From a bacterium (GTDB lineage: Bacteria > Desulfobacterota > DSWW01): 64,000 nucleotides of DNA. Under the pieces are notes generated by a model. The model saw only the letters and a list, made by a program, of their open reading frames with translations, was not told the origin of the DNA and did not search any database. Each line of letters starts with the position of its first letter. Positions within the stretch are counted from its first letter, which is position 1. Location: the NCBI GenBank assembly GCA_040756235.1, contig JBFLZG010000087.1, positions 1 through 64,000 of the forward strand, read 5' to 3'. Positions 57,368 through 64,000 of this stretch are shown one piece after another. The position numbers were made by a program, and so were the translations under genes.

Positions 57368-58256
57368 GGATCCGCCTCAAGAACAGACCCATGATGGCCA
57401 GCCCCACCAGGAAGACCGCCATGCCGCTCGCGTCATGCAGATAGCTCTCGGTGGAGGCCGCCTGGGCGCCGAACCGGTAAGCGATCAACAGCAGCACGGC
57501 GATACGGACACCGTTCAGGAAGACGGCCATCGGAGGGATGAATGCCAGAAAAAGACCTTTCTTCCAGGAGGCGGTATCGGCGCAGTACAGGAACAGCAAA
57601 CCGAGGGCCAGAAACGATATCAAGGAACGCAGGCCGTTGCAGGGGGTGCCGACGACGAAGGATGAATGGGCGAAATGAATGATGAACCCGTCGCGCAAAT
57701 GGGGTACGCCCATCCGGTCGATGATGACCGTTGCGATCCCGGTGGCCGTGGACTTGAGCGGGATGGCCACCACGTCGATGATCGCCGTCGGCAGCGGGCA
57801 CATGAAACAGAGGAAGAGCAGGGGAAAGCGTATGGCGCGCGTGAATTCCCGGCCCAGCAGGAACAAAGAGATGCCGACCAGATAGAGCACGACCGAAAAA
57901 GCGGAGACAAAGTTCACGTCCCCGGTGACGCCCAGCACGTGGATGAGCAGGGCCCCGACGATGACCCACAGCCCTGACCTGCTGCTCGATCTCTCGATCT
58001 TCTCCAGCTCCGCCCTCTTGCGATAGATCAGATAGCCGGTGATGAAGGGGATCAGGTATCCGTGGGAGTAATAGGAGTCCTGCAGCCCGTATTTTTCGTT
58101 CAGCCAGATCAGGGTCGGAAGGTAGCAGAAGACAAAGGCCGCGATCAGGAGGAACCAGAGAAGAAACCTCTGGGCACCCGACCGGACGATCCTCCGGGCC
58201 AAACCTGCCGTTGCCGGCATCCTCGCGGCTCCTTTCGGCGTCTCGCTGGCGTTCAT
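57357..58256 (-). CDS. Exosortase (copy 2)
   Basis: YSHGYLIP; FMCPLP; PCNGLRSL (Cys); NGVRI (Arg); LHDASG (His). Confidence 0.92.
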   Translation of the reverse strand: MNASETPKGAARMPATAGLARRIVRSGAQRFLLWFLLIAAFVFCYLPTLIWLNEKYGLQDSYYSHGYLIPFITGYLIYRKRAELEKIERSSSRSGLWVIVGALLIHVLGVTGDVNFVSAFSVVLYLVGISLFLLGREFTRAIRFPLLFLCFMCPLPTAIIDVVAIPLKSTATGIATVIIDRMGVPHLRDGFIIHFAHSSFVVGTPCNGLRSLISFLALGLLFLYCADTASWKKGLFLAFIPPMAVFLNGVRIAVLLLIAYRFGAQAASTESYLHDASGMAVFLVGLAIMGLFLRRIHEA

Positions 58257-58332
58257 TCCGTCCTCTGAGCAGGCGGGCGGCTGACGAGCCGTGGTGCTCT
58301 CGTCAGCGAAGGTGCTGAGCGGACTCCCGGGA

Positions 58333-59463
58333 CTAGCGTGTTGTCGGACTCCACATCACCACCCTCTCTCCCTTGAGGTACTTCCACCAGGCCGCGGCGA
58401 TCGAGGCGTTCACCGTCACGAAGTACACGGGGATCTTGATCCAGACATTCCTGGAGGACCCTTTCCTCCCCCATCCCCAGGCGGCCAGCGCGTAGAAGCC
58501 GATCTGCGCCATGAGAAGGAGCAGGAAAAGCCACCGGCCTGCAAGGAGCAGATTGGCCGCCAGAGCCGTGACCAGGAGGAAGGGCACCATCCAGCGCAAT
58601 AGCTTGTGGCAGAACAACTGGTAGGAAGCGAGGCCGTAACGGAAGACATTCAGGAATTCGAGATGGTGGAAGAACACCGTGAGCCCTCGGACCACGGTGC
58701 GGACCTTACGATCGAATTCCCGGGTCTCGTCCGAGACATCCCGATAGCTGCCAACCGCTTCCGGATCGCTGACTCCGCGCAACCCCAGTCGCAGGCTGTT
58801 GAGGACCGTCCGGAAGTCGCTCTGCATCTCTCCGGAAAAATCGCGGCAGACTTCTTTGCGGGCCGCGAAGAAGGAGCCGCTCAGACCGATCAGCGATCCG
58901 ATCTTCGCCTCCAGCCGCCGCAGCCACATTTCGTAGCGCACGTAGAGACCCTCGCCGCTCGGCCTGCCGTCCGGGCCGATCACGCGGTCTTCGCCGCTGA
59001 CGCAGCCAACGGACGGATCGGCGAAATTGGAGACGATCTGCTCCAGGCCATGCGGCTCGAGTCGCGTTGCTACGTCGGTGAAGACGAGGATTTCGCCTCG
59101 GGCCTGCCGCATGGCGGCCCGCTGTGCATGCTCCTTGCCCATCCGCTCCTGCAAAGCAAGCAGCTCGACCCCGCGCGCTGCGAAACTGCGCACCGTCTCG
59201 TTCGTGGAATCGGTGGATCCGTCCGAGGCCACCAGGATCTGCAGCCGGTCTTTCGGATAGACCAGGCCGAGACAGTTCTCGAGCTTGTCCCCGATTCTTC
59301 CGCTCTCGTTGAACACGGTGACCATCAGGGTCACGGACGGGTGGATGGGTGCCTTCTTCACTCCGCGCGCGATGAAGATCCCCAGCAGCCACAGGGAACA
59401 GGGGTACCCCAGATAGGCATAGGCGACAAGCAGGAGGGACGCGACAAGAATGGCTGATGTCAT
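58333..59463 (-). CDS. GT2 glycosyltransferase with membrane helices
   Basis: YLGYP; SDGSTD; VFTDV; GLYVRYE; HKLLRW. Confidence 0.92.
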   Translation of the reverse strand: MTSAILVASLLLVAYAYLGYPCSLWLLGIFIARGVKKAPIHPSVTLMVTVFNESGRIGDKLENCLGLVYPKDRLQILVASDGSTDSTNETVRSFAARGVELLALQERMGKEHAQRAAMRQARGEILVFTDVATRLEPHGLEQIVSNFADPSVGCVSGEDRVIGPDGRPSGEGLYVRYEMWLRRLEAKIGSLIGLSGSFFAARKEVCRDFSGEMQSDFRTVLNSLRLGLRGVSDPEAVGSYRDVSDETREFDRKVRTVVRGLTVFFHHLEFLNVFRYGLASYQLFCHKLLRWMVPFLLVTALAANLLLAGRWLFLLLLMAQIGFYALAAWGWGRKGSSRNVWIKIPVYFVTVNASIAAAWWKYLKGERVVMWSPTTR

Positions 59464-59473
59464 CGGTCCGTGA

Positions 59474-60379
59474 TCACCTTCGTTCGGGAGCCTGCGGCAA
59501 CTCGGACGGAGCCGATCCGTCGTTGCCTCTGATGCCGGCCAGAAGGACGAGCAACTGCTCGGCCGCGTGCACCTGACCCTGCTCGTTCAAATGTCCGCCA
59601 TCACGGGAATACTCACGGGCAAGGGAAGAGACCTCCTCCCCCCGGTATGCGCAGCCGGCCCGTCTTCCGTCCGGGCTTTGCGATTCGATCAGAGCCAGAT
59701 CGAAGATCGGATCCTTGCCGGCGTACTCCTTCACCAGGAGCCGGTTGTATCGGCATCGGCTCAGGTTGTCTTCAGCGCGTTCGTCGGTCCTGCCCAGCCA
59801 GGTCTTGATGCGCCTCTTGACCCTGCTTGCGAACGACTGCGGACAGGTCATCAGAGGGACCGTGACGTGTACGAACTGCACACGGGGGAAGCGGGCCTTG
59901 AGAGATTCCAGATGGCTGCGGTAAGCCTCGAACAGCGCCTCGACATCGGTTCCACGCTTGACGTCGACAAAGCAGAATTTGAAGAATGCCACATCCACCT
60001 TGTCACCGGCCCCGCCCTCCAGGACCGTGCGGAAGGCGTGGATCTTGGACACGGGGTCTCGGTTCTGCCCGACCCTGGCGTGCGCCCAGACCGGCTCGCC
60101 AAAAGTCTGAGGCGCATCGCTCTCGACCACGTTCAAGCGCAGGTCGCCGCGCCGGTTCAATATGCTGGCAACCCCTTCCATGAGGTCGTACCCCACCGAC
60201 TGGTGGCCGAAGAAAATCCTGCTGTTCGAGAGGCGGTCCAGGTCCGCTCGGGAGACACTCTCCAGGGATTGCATCTGTCTGCCTCCTGCTCCGGGCCGGT
60301 CGCTGTTCGAACCGCAGCCCAGGCACAGGCAGGTCAGCAGCGTGCACCAAGCCGCGGCGTGAGTGGTCCAGGTGGACAA
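59474..60379 (-). CDS. Putative lipoprotein with SGNH-hydrolase-like motifs (copy 2)
   Basis: Lipobox CLGC; IFFGHQSVG; FFKFCFVD; DGGHLN. Confidence 0.7.
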   Translation of the reverse strand: MSTWTTHAAAWCTLLTCLCLGCGSNSDRPGAGGRQMQSLESVSRADLDRLSNSRIFFGHQSVGYDLMEGVASILNRRGDLRLNVVESDAPQTFGEPVWAHARVGQNRDPVSKIHAFRTVLEGGAGDKVDVAFFKFCFVDVKRGTDVEALFEAYRSHLESLKARFPRVQFVHVTVPLMTCPQSFASRVKRRIKTWLGRTDERAEDNLSRCRYNRLLVKEYAGKDPIFDLALIESQSPDGRRAGCAYRGEEVSSLAREYSRDGGHLNEQGQVHAAEQLLVLLAGIRGNDGSAPSELPQAPERR

Positions 60380-60438
60380 GCCCTTCTCCCTCGCGCAGAC
60401 GCCCCCCCGAAGGCGTCCGCCCGCCAGCGCCCCATGCG

Positions 60439-61641
60439 TCAGGGCGCGTTCGTAGCCAGGCGTGAGATCCAGTCTTCGATCTCCTGCATGTCTCGGCCGG
60501 AAAGCAGCGGGTGGACCGGAAGCGTGAACAGGCGTTCGGCAACTTCCCTGGCGCCTGGGAAGCGGTCCGTCCGATCGGTGAAGTCGAGCTCTCGGATGCT
60601 GTCCACAGTTCCGGGGTAGGCAGGCGCGATGCCCAGCACCGCTCCGGTGCCGCCTCCCACGGCCGCTTCACGTCGATCCCGGGTCGGAGCCAGGACCGGA
60701 AATCGAATCAGGTTCTCCGGCACCTCCGCAACGATCGGCTTGAAGGCCGCCCCGTCCACCGCGGCCATCCAACGCCGGGCGTTCTCGCCACGCCTGCTGC
60801 GCAGACGCTCCAGCCTTCTCTGCCATCCTCTCGTCATGCCGGCCTGAAAAGAAGAGAGTCGTCGGATCGGGAAGCCTGGATCGTAGATCGTCTCTCCCAG
60901 CTTGAGAAACGGAAGCATCCGGGGGAACCAGAAGAGCCGGGGGTGAATGAACAGGGCCAAGGCGAAAGCGTACAGGATGAGCTTGAGTCCATCAAGAAGG
61001 CGGTCGCGCGGCAGGGCGCGAACGTGCGCCTCGACTCTTTCGGCGATATCGTCCCGGTCGGTCAGGACGATGCCGCCTCCGACCGCACACAGCGCTTTCC
61101 CCCTGCCCAGGCTGAAGAATCCCACGTCCCCGACAGCCCCGGCCTGGCTCCGTCCATGATGCGCTCCCATGGCCTGGGCGGCATCCTCCACGACGAAGGC
61201 CTCGCATGCGCCGGCCAGCTCACGAGCCCGGCCGACGTCTGCCGACAGCCCGAACAGGTGGGTCGGGACCACGGCCAAGATCCGGGCGCCGGCCTCCCGG
61301 CCAAGGATCCGGGCGAGCTGGGCGCGATCGAAATCCAGCGTCGCGGGATCGATATCGCACAAGCTCACCTTCAGTCCCGCCCGGCGGATGGCGGACGGAA
61401 CGGAGTAGCAGGTGAAGGCGGGGATGAGCACCTGATCTCTTGCGGGGCGGAGGTCGTGCAAAGCTTCGAGGATGACGGCGAGCCCCGCCTTCCCGGAGGA
61501 CAACAGGAAACAGTGACGGACATCGAAGTAGGCCCCGAGCTCGGATGCGAACCTTTCCCGTTCCTCGGACCCTCGCAGGCAGCCGAAGATGCCCGCCAAG
61601 ATCTCTCTTGTTCCGAAAGGTGCGGCTGCCGGCGGCAGCAT
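60439..61641 (-). CDS. DegT/DnrJ/EryC1/StrS-family PLP-dependent enzyme (start approximate)
   Basis: SSGKAGL; PAFTCYSV; THLFG; EDAAQAMG; FFSLGRGK; LFTLPVHP. Confidence 0.88.
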   Translation of the reverse strand: MLPPAAAPFGTREILAGIFGCLRGSEERERFASELGAYFDVRHCFLLSSGKAGLAVILEALHDLRPARDQVLIPAFTCYSVPSAIRRAGLKVSLCDIDPATLDFDRAQLARILGREAGARILAVVPTHLFGLSADVGRARELAGACEAFVVEDAAQAMGAHHGRSQAGAVGDVGFFSLGRGKALCAVGGGIVLTDRDDIAERVEAHVRALPRDRLLDGLKLILYAFALALFIHPRLFWFPRMLPFLKLGETIYDPGFPIRRLSSFQAGMTRGWQRRLERLRSRRGENARRWMAAVDGAAFKPIVAEVPENLIRFPVLAPTRDRREAAVGGGTGAVLGIAPAYPGTVDSIRELDFTDRTDRFPGAREVAERLFTLPVHPLLSGRDMQEIEDWISRLATNAP

Positions 61642-61739
61642 TCTCCGGACTCGCAGCGGCAACAAGGCAGTCTCGATGTCCCCGCGGCGCGAACGGCTCG
61701 GCAGACGGACGGAGCGTTCGGCGCCGTGCTCTGTCGGCC

Positions 61740-62963
61740 CTAAAGGCCGATGTGTTTCCGAATCATGGGTCCCAGCCATTGCGTGACGGCCAGCGGCAGT
61801 CTTCTCCAGTACGGCACCGCCCTCGCGAATCGGGGGCGGTCCGAGGCCTCTCCCTCCTTTTCCTCGGTGCTGTGGAGGACCACGTACTGCCAGTGCAGGG
61901 TCTGCGGAACGGCTCCCCACTGCTCCTTGAACTTGTACGTCCCTTCCCCCGGGGTGGATCGTCCGAAGTCGAACCGGCTGATGCCGTTCTCGCATGCGTA
62001 CTCGAGCATGGTCCAGTACAGGAGCATGTTCGGGCTCAGACTGCTGTACTCGCGGAGGGCCGACGCCCAGGGATTGTACAGCGTATCGCCCAACCGGATG
62101 ATCAGGCTGCAGGCCAGGGGGATCCCGCCCTTGCGGACCAGGACGATGCGGGCTTCCTCCCGGAGTTCCTCGAACAGGTGGGCCATGAGCTTCTTCGAGT
62201 GCACCGGTGAGCCCAGGTCGCGCATGTTGGCCACGAAGACCCGGTAGAACGCATCGAGCAGCTCGGCGCCGCCCACGATGGCCGACAGCCCCTCCCGCAT
62301 CGGCTTGCGGATCTGGCTTCTCAGCTTGGACTTGAAAGAGGCCATCAATTCGCCGGCCGATCCGGGCAGGGCAAGGACCATGCGGACCTTGTGGGTGCGG
62401 GTCCGGCTCTTCCAGCTCTCCGCGGATTTCTCCCGGGGTCGGCCTCCCGGGCTCGCCGCCTCACAATCGAGACAGCTGTGACGGTACGTATGGCGAAGCT
62501 CGATCTGTTGCGCCCTGAGCCGCGTGCCGAGTCGAAGCGCCTCGGAGAGGAGCCCGCGTTCGGTCTCTTCATCTTCGGCAAGGATGCCGCCGAGGTCGAA
62601 GAAGGGCATGGAGATCAGATGATTTCCGAACAGGATGTTCTTCAGGTGCACGAGGGGGAGGACCCCGGCAATCGAGGCGGCGCTCTCCTTGTGGCCGCCC
62701 GGGGGCGACTGCGTCGCGCGGTCCTGCTCGGAGGAGACGGGAGCCGCCGGATCCCGATTCCGTACGGCCACCAGATAATGGGTCCGATGGCCGTAGGATT
62801 TCTCGATGATCTTCTTCCAGCACGGAAGATGATAGAGCGTCCCATGGGGATGGCTGCGGACGAACCTGTCCCACCCGAGCCAATCCATCGCCTGCAGGTG
62901 TCTCACCTGCGCGGCCGGGCGCGCGTTCGCAAGGCTCGAAGCGTTGCCGGAGAGCACGTTCAT
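61740..62963 (-). CDS. FemAB-related protein, exosortase-system type (start approximate)
   Basis: WDRFV..HP..LYH; SMPFFDLGG; KLRSQIRK; MRDLGSPVH; PNMLLYW; FDFGRS..GTYKFKEQWGA. Confidence 0.9.
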   Translation of the reverse strand: MNVLSGNASSLANARPAAQVRHLQAMDWLGWDRFVRSHPHGTLYHLPCWKKIIEKSYGHRTHYLVAVRNRDPAAPVSSEQDRATQSPPGGHKESAASIAGVLPLVHLKNILFGNHLISMPFFDLGGILAEDEETERGLLSEALRLGTRLRAQQIELRHTYRHSCLDCEAASPGGRPREKSAESWKSRTRTHKVRMVLALPGSAGELMASFKSKLRSQIRKPMREGLSAIVGGAELLDAFYRVFVANMRDLGSPVHSKKLMAHLFEELREEARIVLVRKGGIPLACSLIIRLGDTLYNPWASALREYSSLSPNMLLYWTMLEYACENGISRFDFGRSTPGEGTYKFKEQWGAVPQTLHWQYVVLHSTEEKEGEASDRPRFARAVPYWRRLPLAVTQWLGPMIRKHIGL

Positions 62964-62979
62964 CCTGGATATCGGCGGC

Positions 62980-63336
62980 TCACGGGAGGATCTCCGGCCT
63001 TCCGGGCTTGCCTGGAGGCTGCAGATCCTCATCGACACGGGCCGTCGTTTCCGACGAGAAGCCGCTTTCGTTACCGCTCGAATCGAAGGCGGTGAGCGCG
63101 AAGTAATAGCTGCCGGCGGGAAGGGTCAGCACCCGGGCGGTAGCCGTCCTGTCCTGGATCAGGATGGTTTGAGAATAGGGTGCTTGCGAGCGGGGACGCT
63201 CGCCGTAGTACAGCTTGTACCCGGCCAGATCGGCTTCGGCGTTCGCATTCCACCTGAGGGTCACGCTGCCGGCGTGCGCCAGCTGGGCGGAGGCCAACAA
63301 GATCGCAAGCACCAGTGAAGTCACGCTTTGGCCCAT
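62980..63336 (-). CDS. Small secreted fibronectin type III-like protein
   Basis: AGGAGG RBS; signal peptide ending AHA; VTLRW, DLAGYKLYYG, YYFALTAFD..GNESGFS. Confidence 0.85.
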   Translation of the reverse strand: MGQSVTSLVLAILLASAQLAHAGSVTLRWNANAEADLAGYKLYYGERPRSQAPYSQTILIQDRTATARVLTLPAGSYYFALTAFDSSGNESGFSSETTARVDEDLQPPGKPGRPEILP

Positions 63337-63619
63337 GTGGATTCCTCCTGCGGCAGAGTGGGTGCGGCCCTGTTCTGCAGGATCGGGCGGTCTCGCGATC
63401 TCATCGCTCGCTCCTGGCTTCCGTACCGTCCCTGCGGTGTCGGGCTGCGACTTTCGCACGGGGCCCTGCCTTCCGGAATCAGGCCGGGCTCCGCCCGTTC
63501 GGACCTCGGGCGCCCTCTGCAAGCTGCTGTTTGAAATGTATTTTCTGTAAACCACCCGTTCTCCGCGGGTCTCAGGACAGGTATGGATCTCGCATCTGCC
63601 CTGATGCCGCCAGCACATC

Positions 63620-63657
63620 AAAAAACTGCCGTCGACACACCGAGCCTGTCGGGGCAG
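63620..63657 (-). terminator. Candidate intrinsic terminator after the NusG-family gene
   Basis: Minus strand CTGCC-C-CGACA-(9 nt)-TGTCG-AC-GGCAG followed by TTTTTT. Confidence 0.5.
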
Positions 63658-63725
63658 GCTCTACCCGCAGCAGGTCGTCGCAGGAACGAGCACGGAGCAC
63701 CGTCCGCCTGCGCTCGTCCTGCACC

Positions 63726-64000
63726 TCAAGCCACCTGGTCGACCAGCGTGTGATGAAGCTCGACCGTGGCCTGATAGCTCACACATTCAAGTAGGATCCG
63801 GACCCGACCCGCGTCGGATGCCCATTCCTCGAAGATGCCGTCGAGCTCCTTGAAAGGGCCTTTCAGGATTCTCACTCTGTCGCTCGTCTTGAACGGCCTC
63901 TTGCGGATGATACCGTCCCTCTGGGCAAGGGCACGGACCGACTGGACGATGTCTTCGTTCACCCAAACGGGTTCGCTGCTGTCCGGCAGGATCTTCAGAA
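63726..64000 (-). CDS. NusG/RfaH/UpxY-family antitermination factor (5'-truncated by the window edge)
   Basis: KOW motif DRVRILKGPFKELDGIF..GRVRILL; heads a long polysaccharide operon. Confidence 0.85.
   Translation of the reverse strand, partial: LKILPDSSEPVWVNEDIVQSVRALAQRDGIIRKRPFKTSDRVRILKGPFKELDGIFEEWASDAGRVRILLECVSYQATVELHHTLVDQVA

Noticed and set aside
63597..63612. Possible sigma54 site upstream of the FN3 gene (minus strand TGGCGGCATCAGGGCA)
   Set aside because: GG-N10-GC spacing is right but the match to the rest of the consensus is poor.

Overview
GC-rich bacterial DNA. The gene content suggests a deltaproteobacterium/Desulfobacterota-like organism (inference). After a lexA gene at the left edge, almost the whole window is one ~62 kb exopolysaccharide/cell-surface glycosylation locus of the exosortase (PEP-CTERM-associated) type, built from two converging arms. 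The plus-strand arm (1447-23073) encodes a short OPX export lipoprotein, an outer-membrane beta-barrel, a split Wzc, a priming sugar transferase, an acyl-AMP ligase + ACP, an SGNH-like lipoprotein, a deacetylase, exosortase + EpsI, glycosyltransferases, an ATP-grasp enzyme and Wzx. The mostly minus-strand arm (64000 down to 23299) starts with a NusG/RfaH-like factor and a small secreted FN3 protein. It continues with FemAB, DegT, a second SGNH-like lipoprotein, a second exosortase + EpsI, GNATs, deacetylases, acetyltransferases, a GT4-kinase fusion, a second Wzx, two Wzy/O-antigen-ligase-like proteins, secreted beta-helix and beta-propeller proteins and a PrsT-like TPR lipoprotein. Intergenic regions hold several palindromic repeat families and a MITE. 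I saw no rRNA, tRNA, CRISPR array, transposase or PEP-CTERM substrate. Most notable hypothesis: the small FN3 protein appears to lack its N-terminal strand A but carries a strand-A-like motif at its C-terminus, and a secreted beta-helix protein ends in the same kind of motif. This suggests a donor-strand assembly or display system embedded in the EPS locus. All family calls are by-eye motif recognition; no database search was run.
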